A stretch of DNA of 64,000 bases from an uncultured cyanobacterium (GCA_963803805.1 CAWDOD010000002.1:160001-224000); one strand, 5' to 3'; shown: positions 1 through 10,604, counted from the stretch's first letter. Notes: a model not told the origin generated them from the sequence alone. Program-made: numbers and translations.

Positions 1-1
1 T

Positions 2-784
2 GGAACTGTAGTTGAAGGTACAGCAGGTAATACAGGCATTGGTTTAGCACATATTTGTAATGCCAAGGGTTATAAATGTTTAATTGCTATCCCCGAAACC
101 CAGTCCCAAGAAAAAATGGACGCTTTAAGGACATTAGGGGCGGAAGTTCGCCCTGTACCGGCTGTACCCTACAAAGATCCTAATAACTATGTCAAACTCT
201 CTGGCAAATGGGCTAAGGAACTAGATAACGCTATTTGGGCTAACCAGTTTGACAATTTAGCTAATCGTCAGGCACATTATGAAACCACTGGGGCAGAAAT
301 TTGGCAACAAACAGATGGGAAGGTTGATGTTTGGGTAGCTGCAACGGGTACAGGAGGTACTTTTGCTGGGGTATCTTTATTTTTAAAAGAGAAGAACCCT
401 AAAGTTAAATGTGTGGTGGCAGATCCTCTGGGTAGCGGATTGTATAGCTATGTCAAAACTGGAGAAATAAATCCCCAAGGGAGTTCGATCACTGAAGGTA
501 TTGGTAATAGTCGTATTACAGCCAATATGGAGGGAGTACCCATTGATGATGCCATCCAAGTTGATGATCAAGAATGTTTGCGAGTAATTTATCAGCTACT
601 AGAAAAAGATGGCTTATTTATGGGTGGTTCTGTAGGGATAAATGTTGGTGCGGCTTATGCTTTAGCCAAGGAAATAGGACCAGGACATACCATTGTTACC
701 ATACTCTGCGATGGTGGGGCAAGATATCAATCCCGTTTATTTAACTCAGAATGGTTAGCAGAAAGAGGATTAACAGTTAAATAG
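2..784 (+). CDS. cysK: Cysteine synthase (PLP-dependent), 5'-truncated by window edge
   Basis: Frame open from base 2 (GTVVEGTAGNTGIGLAH); NQFDN, GTGGT, EGIG and TILCDGGARY motifs. Confidence 0.9.
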   Translation, partial: GTVVEGTAGNTGIGLAHICNAKGYKCLIAIPETQSQEKMDALRTLGAEVRPVPAVPYKDPNNYVKLSGKWAKELDNAIWANQFDNLANRQAHYETTGAEIWQQTDGKVDVWVAATGTGGTFAGVSLFLKEKNPKVKCVVADPLGSGLYSYVKTGEINPQGSSITEGIGNSRITANMEGVPIDDAIQVDDQECLRVIYQLLEKDGLFMGGSVGINVGAAYALAKEIGPGHTIVTILCDGGARYQSRLFNSEWLAERGLTVK

Positions 785-791
785 CTTTAAT

Positions 792-848
792 AAAAAAAGG
801 AGAGCCACAAAAATGTAACTCTCCCAGTCATCAGGGTGCATCTACTAT
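792..848 (-). ncRNA. Candidate ~57-nt small RNA
   Basis: Minus strand: GTGACA-17nt-TATATT promoter, then GTAGATGCACCCTGATGACTG, then hairpin GGAGAGTTACA/TGTGGCTCTCC and T7 tract; no ORF. Confidence 0.6.
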
Positions 849-921
849 AAATTAATATAGCATAGAGGGTGAGGGGTGTCACCCCCTTTTGTGAAATTTT
901 TTCTATTTCCTGTATAGTTTT

Positions 922-1362
922 ATGTCTTTAAAAATCAGATCAGCAATTGTTTCAGTAGCGATCGCCCTTTCTGTTGCTCCTGCGGTATATACTTTTGCTC
1001 AAACTTCAAGACCAAATCTGTCGCGATCGCAATATCGTGAAATCGAAGTTGCGACCTTTATCCAGCGCAACAATCTTAACGAAATAGATCCCTACTCCAT
1101 AGCCCAACAACTTTTCAAACGCCCCGAATCTCTTGAAGGAAGACAGCAAGAAGGAATTAAGATTAAGTATGGCAAAGACAATGCACCAACGGTTGTGGAG
1201 TATACAATTATTGGACTAGGGGATGATTCTGTCCGTGGCATACGCACTCGCCTAGAAATGGAATGGCAAGAGGATGGCTGGAAAATCCTTTGGGTTGGCG
1301 ATCAGTTTCAATGTCGGGAGGGGAGAGGACAGCAAGACTGGTCAGGAAAACTATGTTTGTGA
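922..1362 (+). CDS. Hypothetical exported protein
   Basis: 146-aa ORF, N-terminal signal-peptide-like stretch ending TFA-Q, two C-terminal Cys. Confidence 0.65.
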   Translation: MSLKIRSAIVSVAIALSVAPAVYTFAQTSRPNLSRSQYREIEVATFIQRNNLNEIDPYSIAQQLFKRPESLEGRQQEGIKIKYGKDNAPTVVEYTIIGLGDDSVRGIRTRLEMEWQEDGWKILWVGDQFQCREGRGQQDWSGKLCL

Positions 1363-1508
1363 TCTACACATCCATCAAAATAATATCAGGTAATAATTGG
1401 GAAGTTAAGGCGATCGCTTCTTCCCCATTACTAGCTTCTCCAGCTATTTGTAAGTCTTCTTCTCAACTAAGGCAATGGGGGCAAACCATGATGGAGTAAA
1501 GGTTGGCA

Positions 1509-1545
1509 ATCTACAAGTATCAGCCTAATGTCGTTACTTGTAGAT
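1509..1545. terminator. Inverted repeat between convergent ORFs
   Basis: ATCTACAAGTA (1509-1519) / TACTTGTAGAT (1535-1545). Confidence 0.4.
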
Positions 1546-1933
1546 CATTGGCAACTATACCAAGGCTTTACAACGTGCAGCAGCAATCGCTTTTGCTAAA
1601 TCGGGAGGTCTAAGTTTGCTAGGGCGAGGAGAGTAGAGAATGCTTTGGCTTAAGTGCCAACCTATCTCTTGGCGACTCAGAATATTCAGTAAACTTTCAG
1701 TTGATAGTACCTGACCACGTTGGGCTAAAACGTAGGAATATTGGGTAGATTCCCAAGGTTGAGAAACAATTACGATCGGTGCATAAGCTTCAAAGAGAAA
1801 TTCTAAAAACTTAGTAAGTTTTTCTGGAGGTAAACGAGAATCACTCATAACATTACAAATGCCATTATGAGCGCAAATTGTGAAACTATTAGTTTGAATT
1901 GTTGTCATCGGCTTCTTCCTTTTAATAAATACT

Positions 1934-2425
1934 ATGACCTACCTAATATGGAATTTGACTACAGAAGATGATCCAGTTGGAAGTTTGTATGATCCAGTTG
2001 GTCAAATGAAAATCTTAGGAGATAAAGGAATTATTATTGAAAATTGTACAAATCTGGATGCTTTCTTGGAGGCTTTCATTAAAGGAATTGAAGGTCTTAA
2101 ATTTAAGAAAACTATCACAGTTGATCCACTTATTGAACCTGATGACATTATTTTTAGTTATCAAGATAACGTACTTGAAATCCAATATGGTAAGCAAGAG
2201 GCAACCATTTTCAATAAATTGCAGTTTGTTGAAGAAGTCAAAAATGCAGTTAGGGAAATAATAGATATATTAGATGAATTGGCACTTACAGAAAAGAAAG
2301 CAAAGCGAAAACTTACTAGATTAAGAAATTTCTTAGACGAAGATTCCCTTACAACACTGTTTGCTGTTTCAATTGATAGTGCGATCGCAACAATTTTGTT
2401 TGACGTAACTCAGTTTGTGTTATAA
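1934..2425 (+). CDS. Hypothetical acidic protein, possibly orphan immunity-like
   Basis: 163-aa AT-rich ORF with no recognised catalytic motif. Confidence 0.5.
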   Translation: MTYLIWNLTTEDDPVGSLYDPVGQMKILGDKGIIIENCTNLDAFLEAFIKGIEGLKFKKTITVDPLIEPDDIIFSYQDNVLEIQYGKQEATIFNKLQFVEEVKNAVREIIDILDELALTEKKAKRKLTRLRNFLDEDSLTTLFAVSIDSAIATILFDVTQFVL

Positions 2426-2536
2426 TTATCTCATTAAGTAAAAATCAGTTTCAACCAAAAATTTTCAGTAGGAGAGGGGCAGGGAGCTTTGCTGGTTAAT
2501 TAAAGGCACGGCAAACGTCCAACCTGCAAACAAATA
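2414..2536 (+). repeat. Dispersed intergenic element copy 1 with extended -10 promoter
   Basis: 21-bp exact match TTTGTGTTATAATTATCTCAT to 19273-19293, plus colinear blocks GGAGA, GGGAGCTTT, GGCAAAC. Confidence 0.7.
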
Positions 2537-2581
2537 TCATTTTGAAAAAGCAGTACAATTTCTTTATACCTGACAGCTTCT

Positions 2582-3343
2582 CTAAGTAACTGGCTTGCCA
2601 AAAAGTATCAAGGATAAGAAAAAATCCACCAGAAAAATTGCGATCCAAGTATTCACAACTGCTGCTGTTGCTGCTTGCCCGACTTCCTTAACACCGCCGA
2701 AGGTAGTCAACCCCCAGCTACAACCAATAATTCCTACTAAAATTCCAAAAACTACCCCTTTGAGTAAAATGCTAACCAAATCAGTCGGAGTTAAAAAATC
2801 TTTGACAGAATTTAAAAATATGTTGGGGGCAAGCTGATAGAATCGGGCTGCGGCAAATATCCCCCCAGTAATACCTGTGACTAAAGCCACAATGGTAAGG
2901 ATTGGTAACATAACACAGCAGGCAACCACTCTTGGTAACACTAAATAATCAATTGGGTTTGTTTTAAGCATATAAAGGGCTTCAATTTGTTCTGTTACCT
3001 GCATAGCCCCAATCTCAGCAGCAAAGGCTGAACCCACTTGCCCAGCCACAATACTAGCGGTTAAAATAGGTGCTAGTTCTCGACAAAAAGCCAAAGCAAA
3101 AGCCCCTCCCACAGCATTCACTGCCCCAAATCTGGCTAACTCCCTGGCGGTTTGTACTGTAAAAATCATGCCCGCACAACCTGTTACTAATAAAACTGGT
3201 ATCAGGGAACCAGGGCCAGAAATAGTCATTTGTTCTAGAGTTAAGCGATAATTGAATTTCCCTCGCAACAAACGCAGCAAAACCTGCCCCATCAACAGCA
3301 CCGCCGCAAAGAATCTTACTAAGTTTGGTAGAGATTGGGGCAT
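2582..3343 (-). CDS. mlaE: MlaE-family ABC transporter permease
   Basis: RELAPILTA, GSAFAAEIGAMQVTEQIEAL, PIDYLVLPR motifs; multiple TM helices. Confidence 0.85.
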   Translation of the reverse strand: MPQSLPNLVRFFAAVLLMGQVLLRLLRGKFNYRLTLEQMTISGPGSLIPVLLVTGCAGMIFTVQTARELARFGAVNAVGGAFALAFCRELAPILTASIVAGQVGSAFAAEIGAMQVTEQIEALYMLKTNPIDYLVLPRVVACCVMLPILTIVALVTGITGGIFAAARFYQLAPNIFLNSVKDFLTPTDLVSILLKGVVFGILVGIIGCSWGLTTFGGVKEVGQAATAAVVNTWIAIFLVDFFLSLILFGKPVT

Positions 3344-3381
3344 ATATTTATAGGTAATAAGTAACAGGTAATAGGTAATAG

Positions 3382-5244
3382 ATGGTTGATAATTCTCAAA
3401 TTGCGGCTGATGCTTTGCCGCCCCATAATATTGAGGCGGAGGAATCCATTATTGGTGGTATTTTGCTTGATCCCCAAGCTATGGGTCGAGTGGTAGATTT
3501 GTTAACTATTGAAGCTTTTTATATCAAAGCACACCAATACATTTATCAAGCAGCCCTTAGCCTCCACGGACAGGGAAAACCTGTGGATTTAATGACTGTG
3601 ACAAGTTGGTTAGAAGACCATAATTTGTTAGAGAAGGTGGGAGGGTCAGCCAAATTAGTGCAACTGTTAAGCCGTACTATTTCTGCTATTAACATCGACC
3701 TTTATAGTAATTTGGTGATGGATAAATATGTGCGTCGTCAGTTGATTACTGCGGGTCATGAGGTGGTGGATCTCGGTTATGATACAGCCCTGGAATTAGA
3801 CATTACTTTAGATCGGGCCGAACAAAAAATATTTGGACTGAGTCAAAAACGTCCACAACAAGGTCTAGTTCCCATTTCTGCTACCTTAGTTGAAGCTTTT
3901 AATAATATTGAAAATCTGCAACAAGAAGGGGGATTGCCAGGTTTAGATTGTGACTTTTATGATCTAGATGCTATGACTAGCGGCTTTCAGCGTTCTGATT
4001 TAATTATTCTTGCTGGTAGACCAAGTATGGGTAAGACAGCTTTAGGCTTAAATATTGCTGCTAATATTGCCAGAAAACATCGCTTACCTGTAGCAATTTT
4101 TAGCTTAGAAATGTCTAAAGAACAACTTTCCCAAAGACTTTTATCTAGTGAAGCCGAAGTTGCTAGTAATCGTTTACGTTCAGGCAATATTACTCAAACA
4201 GAATACGAACCCATTAGTTTGGCGATCGCCTCTCTTTCTGAGTTACCAATTTTTATCGATGACACTCCTAATATGACGGTGATGCAAATGCGTTCCCAGT
4301 CTCGTCGTCTTCAAGCGGAGCAGGGTGATAAGTTGGGTTTGGTATTATTAGATTACCTACAATTAATGGAGGGTAGTGGCAGCGATAACCGCGTACAAGA
4401 ATTATCTCGTATTACCCGCGCCCTGAAAACTTTAGCTAGGGAAGTTAATGCTCCAGTTATTGCTCTTTCTCAACTTAGTCGGGGAGTAGAATCCCGTAAC
4501 AACAAGCGCCCGATGATGTCAGATTTAAGGGAAAGTGGCTGTTTAAGTGGGGATACTTTAATAAGTTTAGCTGATAGCGAAAAGTCTGTACCGATTCAGG
4601 ATTTAAGGGGGAAATCAGATTTTCGAGTTTGGGCTTTAAATCCCATGACTATGAGGTTAGAAAAAGCTGTAGTTAGCCATAGTTTTGTTACTGGTATTAA
4701 GAGGGTTTTTCGTGTAACTACTAGTTTAGGGCGCACTATTAAAGCTACAGCTAATCACAAATTTTTAACGACAAAGGGTTGGCAAAGGTTAGATGAGTTG
4801 CGAAAGGGAGATAAATTAGCTTTACCTTTTGTGATTCCTAACTCCATAAAAAATAGCCAAACCAGTAAGCAATTAACTAGAACAAAATACAACAACTTTC
4901 CTACTTATTCTTGTCTTTTACCTTTGGTTTCTAGTTTGCCCCAACAAAGTGATGTGTATTGGGATGAAATCATTACTATTGAAATGGGTAAAACCGAAGC
5001 AGTATTCGATTTAACAGTACCGCAATTCCATAATTTTGTTGCTAATAATATTATTGTCCATAATTCTATTGAACAAGATGCAGATTTAGTAATTATGCTC
5101 TATCGCGACTCTTATTATAATCCTGACTCTCCTGAACGAGACTTGGCTGAAGTTATTATTGCCAAACATCGCAACGGCCCTACAGGAACAGTAAAGCTAC
5201 TTTTTCAACCAGAATTAACCAAATTTCTTAATGTTGCTAATTAG
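3382..5244 (+). CDS. dnaB: Replicative DNA helicase DnaB containing an intein
   Basis: PPHNIEAE, Walker A GRPSMGKT, DYLQL, LSQLSRGVE, DLRESG|SIEQDAD. Confidence 0.97.
   Translation: MVDNSQIAADALPPHNIEAEESIIGGILLDPQAMGRVVDLLTIEAFYIKAHQYIYQAALSLHGQGKPVDLMTVTSWLEDHNLLEKVGGSAKLVQLLSRTISAINIDLYSNLVMDKYVRRQLITAGHEVVDLGYDTALELDITLDRAEQKIFGLSQKRPQQGLVPISATLVEAFNNIENLQQEGGLPGLDCDFYDLDAMTSGFQRSDLIILAGRPSMGKTALGLNIAANIARKHRLPVAIFSLEMSKEQLSQRLLSSEAEVASNRLRSGNITQTEYEPISLAIASLSELPIFIDDTPNMTVMQMRSQSRRLQAEQGDKLGLVLLDYLQLMEGSGSDNRVQELSRITRALKTLAREVNAPVIALSQLSRGVESRNNKRPMMSDLRESGCLSGDTLISLADSEKSVPIQDLRGKSDFRVWALNPMTMRLEKAVVSHSFVTGIKRVFRVTTSLGRTIKATANHKFLTTKGWQRLDELRKGDKLALPFVIPNSIKNSQTSKQLTRTKYNNFPTYSCLLPLVSSLPQQSDVYWDEIITIEMGKTEAVFDLTVPQFHNFVANNIIVHNSIEQDADLVIMLYRDSYYNPDSPERDLAEVIIAKHRNGPTGTVKLLFQPELTKFLNVAN
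4540..5064 (+). mobile_element. DnaB mini-intein (175 aa, no homing endonuclease)
   Basis: Starts CLSGDT after RESG; block B TANHKFLT; ends HNFVANNIIVHN followed by Ser; too short for a LAGLIDADG domain. Confidence 0.93.
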
Positions 5245-5327
5245 TAATTTAGGAAATAGTCAAAAGTAAAAAGTCAATAGAAGAAAAAAGATAATTAGTA
5301 ACTAGCCATTAGCTATTAACGATAATC

Positions 5328-6083
5328 ATGAAATCTGTCCCTTTTATAAAAATAGATAATCAGACTTTAACCTTAAAACAAGTCGTTAGATTATCTCAAT
5401 CTTCGGGAGGATGGCAACGTTTTGTCCAGGAGGTTTTGCAACAATATATATTGGAAAATGAATTAGACTTAAGATTGTATATTACTGTAGAAGAAATTGA
5501 AGTTGAACAAGGCATTATTGACTTTCGTTTACAAAATCAATTAACAGATACAGAACAGTTTAATCGTTGGCTAACAAATAACAACCTCAACTATGAAAAC
5601 TTCAAAAACCGTATCAATTTTGCCCTCAAAGTAGAACAACTCAAAGCAGAAATCACTTCAACTAATTTAGAAGAATTTTTTCAAAAACAGCAACAAGATT
5701 TAAGCCAAGTAATTATTTCTCGTTTAATTCTCAACGACTATCAATTAGCTAAAGACCTTAAAGAAAAACTCAATTTAGATAGTAATCTTTTTTCTCAGCT
5801 AGCCAGGGAACATTCCCTAACTAATGATCAAAAAACTGATGGCAAAGTTGGTCCTGTCAGAATCAATCAATTACCAGAAAGCTTAAAAAATACTCTCCAT
5901 ACAGCCCAAGATGGAGATATAATTGGCCCCCTATCTTTAGAAGGGCGCTACTGTTTATTCCGTTTAGAAAAATTTATTCCTGCCACCTTAGAAGGACAGC
6001 TAAAAAAAGAATTACAAAATCAGTTATTTACTCAATGGATGCAGGAAAAGCTACAAAAAACCAACATTCAGCTAGAAAAATAA
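5328..6083 (+). CDS. PpiC/parvulin-type peptidyl-prolyl isomerase
   Basis: FSQLAREHS, G.VG, GDIIGP rotamase motifs; cyanobacterial type. Confidence 0.8.
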   Translation: MKSVPFIKIDNQTLTLKQVVRLSQSSGGWQRFVQEVLQQYILENELDLRLYITVEEIEVEQGIIDFRLQNQLTDTEQFNRWLTNNNLNYENFKNRINFALKVEQLKAEITSTNLEEFFQKQQQDLSQVIISRLILNDYQLAKDLKEKLNLDSNLFSQLAREHSLTNDQKTDGKVGPVRINQLPESLKNTLHTAQDGDIIGPLSLEGRYCLFRLEKFIPATLEGQLKKELQNQLFTQWMQEKLQKTNIQLEK

Positions 6084-6221
6084 TCCCATTAGTGGTGTGT
6101 CAATTTTAAATTTACGGGTAACTAGAAAATAGGCAAATGTTTGCTAAGGATTGAATAGTAGTAAGTACTAAGTACATTTTTGTCTTTCTACTAGCCACTA
6201 GCAGTTAGCGATTATCTCCCC

Positions 6222-7266
6222 CTACCCTTTATAAGCAAGGACACGATCCCGCCCTTGGGCTTTAGCTTCATAAAGAGCTTGATCTGCTGCTTTAATCAAT
6301 TCCTGGGGTGAAGTTTGGGTTGTAGGAGTCAAAGCAGCTACTCCTAAACTCAAAGAAACATACTTAAAAGGAGAAGCTTCATGAACAACACCCAAAGCTT
6401 TAACCTTGTCACAAATTTCTTCGGCCACTTTTAAAGCGCCGTTAATATCCGTATTAGGCAAAATCACCGCTAATTCCTCTCCACCATAGCGGGCAGCCAA
6501 ATCTGTAGCCCGCTTAGCTTCATTGGAAATAAGGCGAGCAACTTTTTGTAAACAATCATCCCCAGCTTGGTGTCCGTAGGTATCATTGTAGAGTTTAAAG
6601 AAGTCAATATCTCCTAAAACTAGAGCTAGTGGGAGTTTCTCCCTAGCCATGCGTCGCCACTCTTGGTTAATGTATTCGTCAAAACAACGGCGATTAGCTA
6701 CCTGAGTTAATCCGTCTAGAGTAGCTAATCGTTGTAGTTCTTGGTTCGCTACTTCTAGTTCTTTATAAAGACGAGATTGTTGAATCAATCTCCTCACCCT
6801 CTGGCGCAAGACCGGCCAGTGAATCGGTTTAGTGACAAAATCCGTTGCTCCCACCTCAAAAGCCCTATCTACGGATCTTCTCATCTTCCAAACCTGTAAT
6901 CATTAGTACAGGAGTCCGTTCAATAGAAGCAAGTAAGCTATCTGCTTGGTTCCAGAGAATGTGTTCTTCTTGACGAGCAAAAATTTCTTCAATTTTTTCT
7001 TTAGGCAGAGCGGAAAAATGCTTTTTAGATAAAGCTAACAAATGACTGCAACAAGTAAAGCCATCCATTACAGGCATCATGGCATCTAGCAGTACAATAT
7101 CTGGGGAAAATTTCTTATAAACCGCTAGACACTCTTGCCCATTAGCTGCCTCCACCACTTTATATCCTTCCTTTTCCATAACATGGCTAATGACCTGTCG
7201 CATAATTTTGTCATCATCTGCCACGAGAATAAGTGGTTGCACCGAATCAAGAGAAGAAGAGTTCAT
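6222..7266 (-). CDS. REC-GGDEF response regulator/diguanylate cyclase (PleD-like), frameshifted near 6876
   Basis: REC (LVADDD, LLDAMMPVMDG) continues in another frame as SVDRAFEVGATDFVTKP; DGLTQVANRR and RYGGEEL; ATG at 7266 overlaps upstream TGA. Confidence 0.85.
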
Positions 7267-8018
7267 TGTAGATATTGACTTTTTTTCTGACTTAATGCCC
7301 TGTGAACTCGTTTGTATTCTGCTTCTAGTTTGCATACTAAGGCTGTTTCCAATACAGTGCCATTGTTAGCTACTTCTTCTACCTCAAGACACAGCTCGTT
7401 TATTTTTAAGGCTCCCAATATAGCACTGCTAGATTTTAAAGTATGGGCAGCATTTTCTAATTGAACTAAGTCACCTTCGGTAGCAGCTTTTTTAATATTG
7501 TTAATAAGTGAAGGTGCATCTGTTAGGTAGCTATCAATTACTTCTATGATGCCCTCAAAAGTATTATCTACCACCATTTCCATAAGGGTTTCCCAAGCTT
7601 GAGCATCAATTACCTGTATATTACTGTCCTCTGCTTCAGGTTCCGAGGTTTTTTGAGCCAACTGATATGTTTTTAGCACCTCGGCTAAGGTTTCCATTTT
7701 TACTGGCTTACAGATATAATCATCCATCCCTGCTTCTAAACACTCGTCCTTGTCTGCAACGGCAGAATTAGCTGTAACAGCAATAATTCGAGGACGAGTT
7801 TCAGCAGACCATTCTTGACAAATATGACGAGTTGCAGATATTCCATCCATTTGCGGCATTTGAATATCCATAAGTACTACATCATAATGTTGAGTGCGTA
7901 AAGCATCTAAAACTTCTAGCCCATTTACAGCTAAGTCAGCTTCATACCCTAGCCGTTTGAGCATTTTCAAGGCAACCTTTTGGTTAACGATATTGTCTTC
8001 TGCTAAGAGAATTTTCAA
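7263..8018 (-). CDS. Response regulator receiver + Hpt domain protein
   Basis: ILLAEDN, LMDIQMPQMDG, KP; Hpt motif AAHTLKSSS. Confidence 0.88.
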   Translation of the reverse strand: MKILLAEDNIVNQKVALKMLKRLGYEADLAVNGLEVLDALRTQHYDVVLMDIQMPQMDGISATRHICQEWSAETRPRIIAVTANSAVADKDECLEAGMDDYICKPVKMETLAEVLKTYQLAQKTSEPEAEDSNIQVIDAQAWETLMEMVVDNTFEGIIEVIDSYLTDAPSLINNIKKAATEGDLVQLENAAHTLKSSSAILGALKINELCLEVEEVANNGTVLETALVCKLEAEYKRVHRALSQKKSQYLQ

Positions 8019-8098
8019 GGGAGTTTTCTTCCTAGGTTCGCGTTACTCTACACAAAGATGGTTTTTATGCCAATTGTAAATTAGGATGGAAAATTCTC

Positions 8099-10358
8099 TT
8101 AGTCAACTTCGCTAACCCGGTAAAGGTTGAGAATATCACTCATTTGACGAATTTTTTGGCAGCAGTTCTCTAATTGTTGGCGATCGCGGACATCAATAAC
8201 CAAAGAAATCAAAGCTGGTTTACCATAGCTAGTTTTGACCTCAGCTTTGCGTACATTAACGTTTTGGTCACTTAAACGAGCTAGAATATCCTTTAATACC
8301 CCCACCCGGTCGATAACTTCAATTTGAATATTGACAGGATAGGTTTGAGGGCGTTCCTTACCATTACTAGGATTCCAACTAACTGGAACTAGACGTTCTC
8401 CCGGTGCATTCTCAACATTTTGGCAGCCTTGACGGTGAATTGAGATCCCTTTAGAACCGCGAGTTACTATACCAATAATAGATTCCCCTGGTAGAGGGTT
8501 ACAGCAGCCAGCAATATAATAAACCAAACCCTCAACCCCAGCAATAGGAGATTTGGATTTGGTTTTACCTTTGCTATTAGCTAAACTGCGTATTTTATAC
8601 TCGCTATTGGTTTCTGATTCGGGGAAGACTTGTTCAATTGCTTGTTGTGCCTTAACTTCCTCCCGTAGTTTGTTGACTGCTGAATTTAAGGTAATTTCTC
8701 CATAACCAAGGGCAGCTAGTAAATCTTCTACCCCTTGATAGTTGCAGCGTTCGGCGACAACTTGCATTGGTTCTGATTTTAAGGCTGCAGTTGAACCATT
8801 TTTACCTAATTCTTTTTCTAGTAATTCTCTGCCCCTAGCCACATTTTCCTCTCGATTAGAGCGTTTGTACCATTGACGGATGCGGTTACGGGCGCTGGGA
8901 GTGACGACGAAATTTAACCAATCGAGACTGGGGTGGCAGTTTTTCTGGGTAATAATTTCGACAATATCTCCATTTTGCAGTGCTGTATCTAAAACGCTCC
9001 AACGGCCATTAACCCTAGCTCCTTTCATACGATTACCTACTTCAGTGTGAATGCGATAGGCAAAATCTACTGGAGTTGCCCCTCTAGCTAAGGGAATGAC
9101 ATCTCCTTGGGGAGTAAAAACATAAACATCATCATCAAATAAATTGTCTTTAAGGCTATCTACATATTCTTGGTCATCTTTAAGTTCTTTTTGCCACTCC
9201 AATAGTTGCCGAAGCCAAGTAAATTTTTCTTCCTCGGTTTCCATTTTGATATTATTGGAACCACCGCTCTCTTTATATTTCCAGTGTGCAGCGATACCAT
9301 ATTCAGCGATATGGTGCATTTCTAGGGTACGGATCTGCACTTCTAAAGGACGACCACTTGAACCGACGACAGAGGTGTGTAGAGATTGATAGCGATTAGG
9401 TTTAGGCAAACCAATATAATCTTTAAATCTGCCGGGAATTGGTTTAAAAGAGTCGTGAACTATAGCCAGGGAACGATAACAACTTTCTTTACTCTCGACA
9501 ATAATTCTTAGAGCTGAAATATCATAAATTTCGTTAAATTCTTTTTGCTGTCGCTCCATCTTTTGGTAAATACTGTATAGATGTTTGGGGCGGACCCTTA
9601 ATTTCCCAGACGTTAATACTGATTTCCCGCAAACGTTGACGCAACTGTTCTATTGCTTGTTCAATTCTGACTTCCCTATCAACTCTTCTTTCACAAACTA
9701 AGTCCTGGATTTCTCTATAGGCTTCCGGTTCTAAATATTTAAAGCATAAATCTTCTAATTCCCATTTGAAACGCCCAATACCTAAACGATTGGCTAAAGG
9801 AGCAAAAATTTCCCTGGTTTCTGTGGCAATACGTTTTTGCTTTTCGGGGTTTAAATGTTCTAAGGTTCGCATATTATGGAGGCGGTCTGCTAATTTAACC
9901 ACAATGACCCGAATATCTTTGGTCATAGCCATGAACATACGACGGAAGTTTTCGGCTTGACGCTCGGTTTTGCTAGAAAATTGGAACTTAGATAATTTAG
10001 TGACTCCTTCTACTAAGTTCCTAACTTGAAGGCCAAAACGCTCTTCTATTTCTGCTAAGGTAACTTCTGTATCTTCCACCACGTCGTGGAGAAAACCTGC
10101 CGCAATCATTTCACTATCTCCCCCCAAATCTCGCAGCAAACCTGCTACAGCTACAGGATGAGCAATATAAGCTTCTCCTGATTTGCGATACTGTCCTTTG
10201 TGGAGTTGATAGGCAAATTCAAAAGCGCGACAAATAAGGTTAGTATCTTCGCGATCTGACTCTGAAGAATGATAGTTCAGCAAACATTGGTTAAGCCAAT
10301 CAGGAAGTTCAACATCAATATCAACAGGGGTTGTAGTAGTTAGGGTTGTTGCATTCAT
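8099..10358 (-). CDS. rel: Bifunctional (p)ppGpp synthetase/hydrolase RelA/SpoT, frameshifted near 9592
   Basis: HD domain (LHDVVEDT, KLADRLHNMRTL), synthetase (YQSLHT, EVQIRT), TGS, ACT; removing one C restores KGRPKHLYSIYQKM. Confidence 0.95.
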
Positions 10359-10604
10359 AGGAGTTAATGAATTTTTGAGGGTACGAGTTATTTAGATAGG
10401 GAGAAAGCTTATAGATTAAAGTAATCTTTTATTGGTGATCAGAGAATTTTTCTGCTGATTTGCTTAAGGCTTTTAATTATAGGTGGGATAAAAACTCTCT
10501 CTAGGGAAGACGTTGCTCTTGTTGCAAACTGAAAATTTGCAAATCCATTAAGAGTGATAAAAAGGCAATACTATAGATATAAATTTTAACTTAAAATACT
10601 ATCA

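Noticed and set aside
1555-1908. 117-aa minus-strand ORF (and 1263-1499 on the plus strand)
   Set aside because: No recognisable motif; cannot be supported as real genes, may be remnants
2490-2535. c-di-GMP-I riboswitch suggested by GGCAAAC
   Set aside because: No GNRA-capped P2 or matching P3 seen, and no downstream gene on that strand
8099-10358. Genuinely split rel (separate hydrolase and synthetase genes)
   Set aside because: Break falls inside the conserved GRPKH motif and is fixed by removing one base; more likely a sequence error
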